DNA of 53,603 nucleotides, filler included, from Bipalium vagum (Eukaryota): NCBI GenBank assembly GCA_037834085.1. It is 3 parts of 3 records of this genome, joined end to end, with 100 filler letters (N's around TTAATTAATTAA, not from the genome) between each part and the next. Parts side by side here need not be neighbours in the genome. Positions count along the whole stretch, not along the records: positions 1 to 18,042 come from JBBMKC010043020.1; 2 more parts are not named here. One strand, written 5' to 3'. Shown piece by piece: positions 1-11,070 of the stretch (positions within the stretch are counted from its first letter, which is position 1; each line of letters starts with the position of its first letter). Below the pieces are notes generated by a model. That model saw nothing but the letters and a program-made list of their open reading frames with translations, was not told the origin of the DNA and made no database searches. The position numbers and the translations under genes were made by a program.

Positions 1-235
1 ATAATACAAATGTCTTAATTTTATTTGAAATTTCTCAAAATGATAAATCTCAAATTTATTCGAAGATGTTATCACATTTTATTGAAAAAGAAGAGTTTGA
101 TTATTTATTCAATTTTCACATGAATCAAAAATATAATTATTTTTTATAAATTTAATGACTTAAAAATAGAGCCTTCAGGTTTATGAAACCAAAAATATTT
201 TCTAAAATTTTTTCTTTAAAAAAATGGAAGAAGTA
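1..235 (+). pseudogene. Maverick/Polinton packaging ATPase, C-terminal remnant
   Basis: Translates IYSKMLSHFIEKEEFDYLFNFHMNQ, nearly identical to ORF 50220..50429(-) (IYSKMLAHFIEKEDFDYFFNYHMN), which lies downstream of A32-type ATPase motifs. It sits directly upstream of the capsid remnant. Confidence 0.6.
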
Positions 236-1290
236 ATGAATTACGATTAAAATTACTATCATCGAAAAACAGCATATGATAAACAGAATTTTATGAAGTA
301 CGTTTAGATCCAGAAACAATTACAAATTTAAATAATAATGGAAATTTAAAATTTACAATAACACCAAAAAAAATCCTTTAAATTTATATGAAGGATATTT
401 TATTTATGAAATTGAACTAAAAGGAATAAAACCAGAAGATAATATTACTTTACAAAATAACTTTTTTCCTTATTTATTTTCAAATGCAACTTTAAAATTA
501 GTTTCAACAGATGTTGTAACTATTCAAAAATTAGGTCCATCAAATTCTATAACTAATTTTATAATGATTGATAAAAATAATGATGGAGAATTATTTGGAT
601 GGATTCCTGATAAAATTATAGAAGGTGAAACAAAAAATAATAAAGGATTTAGAACAAGAAAAAATTTATATTTAACTACATTTCAAGGTAGATTTCCATT
701 AAAATTAATGTTTGGTTTTGTACAATTTTTTAAGAAAGCTATTTATAATATTCAAAGTGAAATAAAAGTATTAAGAAAAAAGGTAATGATGATGAAATAT
801 TTTATTTAACCAAAGAAGAGTTAAAATTAAGTTTTATAAATTATTATTATTTATTTTTTCATTAAAATTAAATAATAACGCAAATTTAAATCTGGTCTCT
901 AGAATGACAGATGGTAAAATTATTAATATTAATTTTTTGAATAGAAACTGTATAGAACTAAATTTAACAGAAGGTACAACTCAAACCTTACAAATATATA
1001 ATATAACTAATATTCCAATTTATTTATTTGTTGCTTTTAGAGAAACAGGTTCTGATTATACAAAAAATAATAGTTTGTTTATTCAAGATAAAAATAAATC
1101 GTTACTAGTTCAACTTGTTGATTCATTATATCCTATAAAACCAATAAGGTTTGAAAAAGGTTACAATAGTAAAACTTATTTGAATTATGTAAATGCTTGT
1201 AAATATTTTAATAACGATCCACAATTAAGTTTATTAGAATTTCAAAATTTATATTCTATATTTTTTAATGTAACGGATCAAGCAGAAAAT
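224..1290 (+). pseudogene. Maverick/Polinton (adintovirus-like) major capsid protein, frameshifted
   Basis: Segments YEVRLDPETITNLNNNGNLKFTI, LQNNFFPYLF, IPIYLFVAFR..NNSLF, LYP, YLNY and LSLLEFQNLYSIFFNVTDQAENL resemble Polinton double-jelly-roll MCP motifs. Includes ORFs 564..809 and most of 904..1362. Composition shifts to higher GC at about 1291. Confidence 0.7.
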
Positions 1291-2899
1291 TTATGTATTT
1301 TGATGTCAACTGACTCACGACGCTCAATTCGTATGGTCAGCGCCTGTACTGTGTCACTGTGATCATTGAGTGACCTCAGTAGATCCTGGGGCTCAATGCA
1401 GGATTTTGGCTGAGTAAAAATGTAGGATATATGTGAAACGTAAAACAATAATAGATCATATAAAAAACTGGTCCCAAACTGCGCATAAGTTCCTCGGATA
1501 CCTGGGGCTCAATCCATTGTATCGAGGCAGTTATGGAAGTTCCTGGGATCTGGGGCTCAATCCAAATGCCCAGTGCCTGTATTGACTTACGGAGATGACG
1601 GCGTAATGTTAATAGATCTTGGGGATGATTGCAGGATCGTGGCTGAGGTCCGCAAAAGATTATAAAATAATAAAGATTACCCTGTGTCGTTTTTGCATTC
1701 CCGTCGGCCACGGGATAAAATGTTGGGTTGGGCACTTTAACCTCTGCACGTTCCCTCAGTGGGGTAGTTTTTGGGTCGATGAGTTCCGCACCGTTTTGTT
1801 GAGATGGATTATTGCTAATCATTCGTAGGGAAAAATTTTCACAAGGAAAACTGGTTTTACTTCCGCCTGCTAGCATGGACGGATCCTTTACGTCTGGATC
1901 TCTTATCGGTATGTTACATTGGCATAGCTCCAATGCCAGATAGGTGTTAGCTGTGATGGAATGCCGCATTTCCAGAGGGCGCAAGGCAAGGTTCGTACTT
2001 CGGACACAAACTATGTCGCCGATACTTTTACGTCTCTCTACCAGCATAGACGGCCATGTCGTTGTTGACTACACCGGATTGTTCTCCTCCAACTATCGGC
2101 CTGAGAAGACTGGATGAGTCTCCCAAGCGAAGAGATCCTGGACAGATAGGATTCTGGTTAAATGAAAGTTTTTGGATTGTTTTGCCTTCAGGTATCACCC
2201 TGGAGGGATATTTGCTGATGGAGTTATCAGCACCCAGTAATTGGGGTGGAAGACCCTTCCTACTGTTGTCCACAGCCGACCTTTTCCAACCGTTTATCCC
2301 TTGCCAGAACAATTGGAATGGGTGAGATTCGTACCTATACAAAAATTCACCTGTGCAATCCACCCAGAGTTTCGGTTTTCACCTATCCTCTGAGTGGTTG
2401 TCGTAGAAAAATTTCTGCTTCTCAGACGGTGAGGGCAAGGGTCATTTCTGACCGATACGGGCGTGGTAAGGGCACTGGGAAGATTATTTCCTACAACTTT
2501 GCCTTGCTCCACATCCTCGGGGTTGTCGCCCATCAGAACGCCATCATCGGCAGTTTGCATCTTGGGTGGTCTTGTGATATGAACACTCTTACTCCTCATG
2601 TAAGTGTGAACATATTGGCCCAGCGTGAGGTAAGTTTTGCTAAATATAAAGTTTAGAAAATCGGAAAATTAAAAAGATCTTAACAGAATTTTGAGACCGG
2701 GATCCAAATCAGGCAGAATAGTTAGCCGGCCCCAACTATTCTGCATCCAGTGTCTGTGGTTCGGCGGATGAGCGTGGTGGTCTGTCCAGAATTTTTTGTT
2801 CAATAAAACCTCATCCCTCTAAACGCATTTCAGATAAAAATCTGCTTTTGTCTCGAAATTGCGATTACGCAAACTTACCCAATTACAACGTGTATGTTC

Positions 2900-3223
2900 A
2901 ATTATGGACCTCTTCCACGCCGGCATGTTATTCAAACTCATTACTCATTATTATTACTCACATGCCATGTTCTATCTTATGGCCTCTAGCTCGATTACTC
3001 ATACCTTCCTCGATTGAAACACGAAATTTTGTCTTGTTAATGTTTGGGCTCCTGATGCTAAGTGCATATTGTTCTTCTCGTAATCTGCTAAAATTCTATC
3101 ACTAATAATTGATACCGTAGCTCCTGATTCTAATAAGGCTGCTACCATTCTTCCATTAATTTTGACCTTTATTATACTTTTGTTATCTGATCTTCGTTTT
3201 TCCCTTATACTTTCTTTAATCAT
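2900..3223 (-). pseudogene. Retropepsin-like aspartic protease (catalytic D mutated to E)
   Basis: ORF 2999..3223: IKVKINGRMVAALLESGATVSII matches the retroviral-type ALLD(S/T)GA motif. Confidence 0.8.
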
Positions 3224-3599
3224 GTTTACCCTAGGTTTGTATACTGGAATTCCTAACCTAGATACTTCTTACTCCTCAAGTTTACAGTCTTGTGGTTTCT
3301 CTTCCAGTTTTTCAACTGCATCCTGCGCCTTTCCTGGTATTATGTAGTATATAAAGGGATCCAATGTCGGATAAATTGCCCGATTAATGATTTTTAACAA
3401 ACCGGCATTTTTGATAATTTCAATAATCTTGAGATATTCGCCACCGACTGACGCTGTTGGTATTCTTCTCTTTCGTGCTTGATGTGAGAAAAATCCGGAT
3501 TCGCCTTCAATACTACTACTAGTCGAACTTTACCTATTTTTACCATTACTTCCAATTCGCCTTCCGACTCCTCTGGATTTCTTTCGTGAAAAATTTCCT

Positions 3600-5381
3600 T
3601 AAGCTTTGTTAGCTATTTTCCATGGTGATGGATAATAACAAACTTTGCTAGAAATGGCAAACAAGCAGTAATCAATCTCCATGGGAATCCGATCGTCCTA
3701 TAATGTATATAATGACATTATTTGAGATAATTCCCATTTAACCAACATGAATATCGAATAAATTCTGATTATACCTGCCATGAAATTCCCAAATCATGTA
3801 AATTTTCCCCATGTCTTTTCCAACAGTTTCATTCCTACTTTCTTCTAATGGTCTGGACTGAGTAGAACCTCCTAATTTCTTTATCTGCTGATCCTCCGTT
3901 CCTTAGCATCACTGAATCCACTAGATGTGTTTATACTCTTCCTTTCTGGGAACATGATATGTCTTATAGCTTCCTCAATATCCTGAGTTGTATATATTAC
4001 CGCTGAAGCCAATTCGTCCAAACTCTCAAATTTTAGTCCACTTTCGATTTTCAAGTTTCTTTTCGATCAGGAAGAGTGATCCATATATCTTGAGTTATGG
4101 TGACATTGCTGCTCAACATTCCAATATTTTTGGTTTTTCTTCCTTTTCTAACAGGATTTGTGTGACTAGTGCTACATAACGTTCTTCATTTTTCCAAACC
4201 ATTGGTAGTTCGTTGGTGCATTCCTCAGTTCTTCTCAGTTGCACGTTTACTATAGCACACCTCTCCCATCATTCTGGCAAAAACTCCTTGATCTGGTAAG
4301 ACCATTGGTCCTACTATTTCTGAGTTGCTGACTATCATAGCAAATTGAGTTCTTAACAACTCCCGATATAGCTTACAGTCATTCCCCACAACCTCATGAT
4401 ACATTTCCCTCATGGCCTGTTGTAAAACGTCATATACGAAATCCAATTTTGTATTTGTGTAATCCGCTAGTTTCACATCCGTTTTACTCAACCTTTGCTC
4501 CGACCACTTCATGAAAGCTGACAAATATACCCTTATGATTTGTGGTGTAAAATTCTGTATTGCATTTTAGTATTTGTTCTCTTCTGACAAATCTAATCCC
4601 TTCATTTTTATCTCTGCTCACTAAGAAAACAGGCGTTTTCTCCTTTTCCACTTTCTGTTATCCTTGATATTTTACTTACGACTCATGCTTTCCTTTACTT
4701 TTCGCCTTCTAGTGTCGTAAACACCACTTTCTTTAAAAATACCATATCGCAATCTGTGGATAGTACTCGATATACTAGCAACGAATCTCCTGTGTCACAT
4801 TTTGTGTGCTTAAAGTTACAAAAGGGGTGTGATAACATTTTCCGTGTGAGGGAGTCGAATACTGCCTCAAACTCTCGTAGGTGTACCATATAATCTTTAT
4901 ATATAACCACCCAGGACACTTTCTCGCCATTCCTGTATTTTTCTCTACCATTGCAGGTACCGTCTGCTCCTATACTTCCTCCTTCGGTTATGGCTTGGCT
5001 TGTTCTTACTCCTATTTTTGCATCAATTGCCAGTCCTGCCGCGATTTGTAACTTTCCTATTACAAAAGCTGATTCACAATTTTCCGAGTTTACAATCACT
5101 ATGATTGTTATGAGAGTTGCTTCCAAAAATGCGGATCTACAGTAGTACTCAAGTCGCCTGCTTTACAATGCATTCTTTAACAGTAGCCCTTCTGAATTCC
5201 ATTTCCTGGTAGATTTGGTATTCCACTTCTATACTTTTTAAATTTTTTGGATATGCTTCTGAGCATCCTTTGAGATCTACAAGCGAATAAATTTTCCCAA
5301 ATTTTGGTTTTGTGGAGTCGTATGCTATTCGTTCTATTCATCATGTTTAAAAACATCATGATCATTATTAGTGTTAAGTTC
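3600..5381 (-). pseudogene. Chuvirus-like (class III/gB-like) envelope glycoprotein, degraded
   Basis: Across frames: IAYDSTKP..YSLVDLKGC..YQIYQEMEFRRATVKECIVK; GSIGADGTCNG; YTNTKLDFVY..NDCKLYRELLRTQFAM..QGVFARMMGEV; CAIVNVQLRRTEECTNELP; IYTTQDIEEAIRHIMFPE; TWGKF*FGNFMAGII; then hydrophobic C-terminal segments. The motif order matches chuvirus-type glycoproteins. Includes ORFs 4225..4524, 4695..5126 and 5177..5365. Confidence 0.8.
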
Positions 5382-5410
5382 CTAAAAAGTGACTGATTTT
5401 AAAGGGGTTA
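5382..5410 (-). promoter_or_regulatory. Putative splice acceptor for a subgenomic env mRNA
   Basis: Minus strand TTTTAACCCCTTTAAAATCAGTCACTTTTTAG|G (branch-like TTAAC, pyrimidine tract, AG at 5383-5382) lies immediately before a signal-peptide-like stretch NLTLIMIMMFLNMM. Confidence 0.45.
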
Positions 5411-6049
5411 AAAAGATCAAAATTAAGCTTTTAGATTACTTAACAAAATATTTAATATCAAAAAGGTTTACAGATGAACTTTCAAGCACAAAAACTGAAA
5501 ATTACTGTCACAATAAACGATCAAAAAAAAATTCAAATGAACTGAGATAACACAAATGGTTTTTAAATATTTATTTGTAAATCTAGTTTTTACAATTAAA
5601 ATCTTTATGGGATTATCAAGTAAAGAAATCTTTTGGGAAATTAATTTCTCTTAACTTCATATATCTTCTGTATCTATGGATCACGTACATAATCTCTGCC
5701 TGCTGAACACTAAACTCTCTTATATGCGGTTTTATTACTTTGACTATTCTTGCAAGCATCATTAGATTGACCGTTACCTGACTTAACAAATCCATAATTC
5801 TGTCTTTGTTTCTTGGCGTTCTTAAGAATTACCGTTCTAATATCTCTGGAAGTATATTGTATTCTTCTGGATCCAAATCCACTAATGCCATTATTACTTT
5901 CAGTTAACGTCTTTTCTTTCTTCTAACAAATTGTTTCTGGTTAATATCTTAATTCCATTTTCTTGTGATTGGATCATTGATATCTGACATTTCTTCATCT
6001 TTAACAATTCTAAAAACTGCACAAAAGGATAAAATGCGCAATATTTTTT

Positions 6050-7550
6050 CTTTCTTCATCTTTAAACTCTAAATCAACTTCGCAAATAAACTCTAATGCT
6101 GTCTCATATTCATTATGATTAGAGCAAAGCTCTTCTGTACTTTCGGATATCAATATAAATAGATATCAATCATCTATGAATAATCTTCTTCAGAAAAATT
6201 ATACTTTTTATAATCTAAATATTCATATCTCAAATTTTTATATGATTGACACATTGCATTTCCATAAAGATTGTTTGCATCAATATAAAACAGATAATTT
6301 GGTTTTAAAAATTCTGTTAAATCTTTTTATCTGTTAAAGTTTTCATAATTTTTGGTAATTCTAATTTATCTAATTCAAAATAACTCTGATTTCTCAGTAT
6401 ATTTATTATGAGCTTTAATATATTTACTTCCTAATATCATTGATATTTCTCCTCTTATTATTTTTTTCAGAAGTTTCAAACATATTTTAATAAGTAAATA
6501 AAAATATTTCTCAGTTTTTAATAATACTAATTCTCAAGTTAAGCCAGGAGTTGAATCAAGATGACAAGGACCTAAAATAAATCGTTTCCTAAATTTTTCA
6601 AAACTATCTGCTAATAACTTTACATTTTAAAATATAAAAAATAATATATAAAAAATATATAAAATTGTGTAATCCCAATGATTTTTACAAAACGTTAAAA
6701 ATATTTTGTTATCATCTTTCATATTCTTCATTAAAAATATTTGCCTTATTTATTGTAGAATAGAATGCTTCTTTTAACAATAATTCTGTTCTATTATATG
6801 TTTTAAAATCTGTAAAATATTCATAAGGATAAATTCATTTTTTTATCTAGTAAGTTGAAATCTTGCTAGAAAATTTTTTAAAATAATTTTTATCTTTTTC
6901 TAGAGAATTACTTTTTAATTTAATTTTATTTATTGACTGATTAATACATTCAATATCAGCATAGATTACAAAAGGAAGTTTAATTTTATATTTATAATTT
7001 GTAAAATATAACTTTGAACCTGAATTATAAAAGTATTTTTTTGGTTTATTTAATATACAAAAATCATGTTTTATAGACTCAAGCGTTTATTGATAAACAT
7101 CTTTCACAAATAAGTAACTCTTCATTCTTATATGAAATAAGCTCATATTCAATTTCTTCTCTTATCCAGGCTTTAAAATCTTTAATTAAAATATAATGAT
7201 CTTCATAAAATAAAAAAGATATTGTTTGTAATTTTTTTTGAGAAGAAATATGTAGTGGATATATTCTGTACAATTTTCTTAATTCAATTTTATATTGATT
7301 AATGCAATCAATCATATATAAATTTATTCTCAAATTATTTTCTATTTCAAACTTTTTAATATTATTTATTTTCATTAGTATTTCCTCATTATTATAAATA
7401 AAATTATATTCATAATTTTTATACCATGTTACTCTTTCTTTGAATTTGATGATGTGTGAGATAACAACAAAAGATTGACCATAAAATATTTTGATCTTTG
7501 TTTTGAATATTAATAATTGAATGGTAATTGAAAGGTAATTCAGCATATGA
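6050..7550 (-). pseudogene. Protein-primed family B DNA polymerase of Maverick/Polinton, degraded and 3'-truncated
   Basis: Motifs HYILIKDF, ICERCL, LPFVIYADIEC (ExoI), YPYEY, FYS, FEKFR, IRGEIS, YIDANNLYGNAM (motif A) and ICEVDLE, with multiple stops and frameshifts. Includes ORF 7079..7546. Confidence 0.9.
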
Positions 7551-7624
7551 TTTTATCAATTGAAAGAGTTAAGTGAGAAAAACTATCTGCAACTGTTCTA
7601 AAAACATCTTTACAAAAATCACGG

Positions 7625-7779
7625 ATCTTTTATCTTTTTTTCTCCGCGCGGGGAAAAAAGGAAAAGATTTTTAATGGGGTAAAACGGAAAAGGACTTTTT
7701 TGACAATATTAAGTTTTATTTTGACTGTTAAATTCTATTTGGCAAAATCTTAATTACAACAAACTTAATATTGTCAAAA
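7625..7779. repeat. Palindrome plus 19-bp inverted repeat
   Basis: TTTTTTCTCCGCGCGGGGAAAAAA near-palindrome within 7625-7668; TTTTGACAATATTAAGTTT (7698-7716) is a perfect inverted copy of 7761-7779. Confidence 0.8.
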
Positions 7780-7899
7780 TAGAAGTGAAAACGGTGTATA
7801 TTAATATTTTAATAATTTGCATTGTGTACATAAAGCATGCATGATCATTATTATCAGAAAAATCTCGAACAAATCTGTACTGGTACAACAGATGTAATT

Positions 7900-8445
7900 T
7901 TTAATAAACTTTTTCGAAAGGTGTTTTAAAACAATCTTTACCATGTAAATGCTGTGCCAAGCCAATGTAATGCAAGCCATTACAAAAAATAAGGATAGCG
8001 TAACATTTAGGTAAACGGAAACAACATGTGCCGATTATAAGAAATATATTAGCATACGGACAGGTTCTATTTTCGAGAGATATCGATTTCATTTAAAAAC
8101 TGGTTTGACGTTGCTATGAAAATGGACAATAGATGAAAAAGAAACAGACATAAAGAAAGAAGTCGATGTTGATAAAAACGTTTTAATTTACATCTATGAT
8201 GACTATGATGAAAATGTTGTGATAATTGTTGTGAAATCATTGTAAATTAGGTGGTCAAAGAATTATATGCCAGATTGAAGAAAGTTTATTAAAACATAAA
8301 CCAAAATATCATCGAGGCCGTGCAACTGAACACGAAATCTGGGTATTTGCAATTGCAGATATCAGTCATGAACCATCAAAAATATATCTAGAAGTAGTTG
8401 AAAATAGAAAAGCAGAAACTCTACTACCAATGGTTAAAAATGTAA
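7900..8445 (+). mobile_element. Merlin/ISXO2-like (IS1016 family) transposase remnant
   Basis: GGQRIICQIEESLLKHKPKYHRGRATEHEIWVFAI..IYLEVVENRKAETLLP, with an upstream zinc-ribbon segment (PCKCC..ISIRTGSIFE). Confidence 0.85.
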
Positions 8446-9279
8446 ATCTTTAATTTGAAAATTTTTAGTACTTAGTAATTAGTTTTTTTTTCGTTGAATA
8501 TTTTTTCCTGTATTTTCGTATCTTCATGATTTTTATTATATTTTTACAAAATTCACAATACTATTCTTCAACTGTCTTTTTTAAACATAAAAATTTTAAA
8601 ATAATCTACTAAATTTATAACTATTTTATTTAAAAATTTTACTAATTTTCTTTTTATTTTGAAAACTAGATATTTCTTCTATTTTATATTTATTAAAATT
8701 TATTAATCTATTATATTTTTCTTCTAAGTACTGTTTATATTCAAACTTATTTACAACTTTTATTAAATATTCTAAATCTTTTTTATGTTGATATAAATCT
8801 TTTCGAGTAATATTATTATTTGAAGTATTAATGAGTATTTCATAATATTTATTTTTGCGGAAATTTATTTATTATTTTTATGATTTCTTCTTCAGTAAGA
8901 TTATTTATATTTAATCGAAGTTTTGGTCTTGTTTAATTTTGCAATTTTTAGAAATTAATTTTGATATTTTTTCTTGGATATTTTTTTGTATTTTTTAAGA
9001 GAAAATATGATTTTTTTTGTTAATTTTTTCTTTATTGTATTTTTTCTAAAATTATGAAAAATATAGAAAATATGAAAAATGTTGGTATTTTATTGTTTTT
9101 ATAAAATTTAGTAATTTTATAAATATATTTTGCTAGTACATCCATCAGTTAACTATAATACGCATAGTTTAGTGCAATAGTAAAATTTACAAAACTACAA
9201 TTGTCTTAACAAAACAAGCGCACAAGAACTAGAACTTAACAACCATTTTATCAAGCTATTGACAGATTTATTAAATATT

Positions 9280-10314
9280 ATGATTGTTTCATTGTGGTCA
9301 ATCTGGAAAATAGAATTTAAATTTATTTTACTAATTATTATCATCAATATTCTTATAAGGAATTCTAGTGGAATAATCAATGTAAATTTTATGAAATCTA
9401 TAAAAGGAAGTACAAACTTTCGAGAAAATTGCAATAAAATTTCTACAGAAGAATTATTTAAATTCTCTAAAAAAGAAATCTTTAAGAACAAAATTCCTCG
9501 AATTCTTCATTATGTCTATAAAAGTGAATATGTACCATATCAATATTGGGTACCAATTCTAGAGTGTTTGAAAATCAATAAAGATATGAGAATAATCTTG
9601 TGGACAGATTATACTGCATACCAATTTATAAAGAAATATTTAGGAAATTTTATGAAAAAATACCTATCCTTTTGTCAAGATAATGAAGAAATTAAAAGAT
9701 CTGATATAATAAGATACATAATTCTTTATGTTTTTGGTGGAATTTATTTAGATCTGGACACAAGATGTATTAAACCATTTCGAATAGCAATGATAAATCA
9801 CACTTGTATCCTTAGCAGTGTGATACAAATTCAGTCTCAAATTTTATTTCAAAGTAACTTATTAATCATGAATAGTCTAATGGCTACTATTCCTAACCAT
9901 GATTTTTTCAAATTTTTCATTTTCAGCATCCCCAATAACAATAAAAATGTATCTGCCCATGATTTAACAGGTCCAACAATGCTAACACCTATCTATCACA
10001 AATACGTAAATTCTCTCACATTAGAAGACAAGAATGATTCCAAGAAAACAGTTCACATAGCAAATGGATCAATATATTCCCCATTTATAGAAGACACAAC
10101 TTTTAAGTCGTGTCTACTTAATAATAATAGTCCGTTAACAAAAAAAGGTTGTAACTTACATGATTGGTATCGAAAATCAAAAGTAATCTTAGAAAATGAG
10201 GCTGTGGCAAGTCATTTATTTCTACATCTCGCCTATTCTGTCACATCTAATTTAGTTTCGAAACTAAATCATATTTGTTTGGCTAATTCGACAATTTATA
10301 CCTATCGGGGTTAA
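9280..10314 (+). CDS. Glycosyltransferase family 32 (DXD, OCH1/SUR1-like mannosyltransferase), type II membrane protein, intronless
   Basis: Intact ORF from the first ATG at 9280. N-terminal hydrophobic anchor, KIPRILHYVYK, IILWTD, RSDIIRYIILYVFGGIYLDLD, NSLMATIPNHDFF and LTGPTML. Confidence 0.9.
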   Translation: MIVSLWSIWKIEFKFILLIIIINILIRNSSGIINVNFMKSIKGSTNFRENCNKISTEELFKFSKKEIFKNKIPRILHYVYKSEYVPYQYWVPILECLKINKDMRIILWTDYTAYQFIKKYLGNFMKKYLSFCQDNEEIKRSDIIRYIILYVFGGIYLDLDTRCIKPFRIAMINHTCILSSVIQIQSQILFQSNLLIMNSLMATIPNHDFFKFFIFSIPNNNKNVSAHDLTGPTMLTPIYHKYVNSLTLEDKNDSKKTVHIANGSIYSPFIEDTTFKSCLLNNNSPLTKKGCNLHDWYRKSKVILENEAVASHLFLHLAYSVTSNLVSKLNHICLANSTIYTYRG

Positions 10315-11070
10315 ATATTCTAATCCTAACTTAAATACTATAAAATGAGTTAATTTTGGCTTTATATATTTTTAATATTTTCAAAGAGGACCTGAATTCA
10401 TAAATTTTAGTAGTTTTTCTAATTTTAGCAGAGTATTTTCATTTATAAACTGAACTAAATTTTGGATTTATGAAAATGAGATAAAATAAATCTAGATATT
10501 TCTTAATTGTTACTTTAATTTTAAAATCTAATTAAATATGAAGTATAAAAATATTTGTGAAATCGTTATTTTTAAAATTCTTTAGCACAAAAATAATGGA
10601 CTAGTAAACAAGTAAATTCAATAACCAAGTAAAAATCAAAAAATAATTTAATCTAACCACTCGTGGAATATGAAACAAGTCAAAAAATTTTATTAATCGC
10701 ACTACAATAATATTCAAAAATTATCAATGGCTCCCAGCAACAATAGCACTTTAAAAATATTTTATCAGTGTTAAATTTGTCAATCAATTTAATTGAAATA
10801 CTTTTCTACTTACTCTAATAATATTATGTAAATTTTAGGTTTAACTTATTGTTTCTATAGCAGATTTACATCAATTTTGAATTATTGATTTGATTAATTA
10901 AAAAGAATAGACTAACAAAAACCTTATGCTCATAGCAAGAAATATTTACTATCATTTAGAAAAAAAATTATGTAACATTTGTTGAGTTGTCCAAAGGCAC
11001 AAAATCTGATGGCAATAATAATAATAATAATAACAAAAGAAATAAAATCTTAGGAAGAATGAAATTAATA

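Larger units (their letters stand above)
1291..6030 (-). mobile_element. Partial envelope-bearing LTR retroelement nested in the Maverick
   Basis: GC-richer block containing glycoprotein and aspartic protease remnants. A purine tract AGAGGGATGAGG (minus strand, ~2808-2820) precedes a ~1.5 kb possible LTR. No gag, RT or integrase was recognised; boundaries are approximate. Confidence 0.6.

Noticed and set aside
2690-2800. HDV-like or hammerhead ribozyme
   Set aside because: The required pseudoknot and CUGANGA/GAAA cores could not be assembled on either strand.
5372-5552. TGTTA...TAACA bounded segment as a solo LTR
   Set aside because: No TSD and no second copy in the window; better explained as the intergenic/acceptor region upstream of env.
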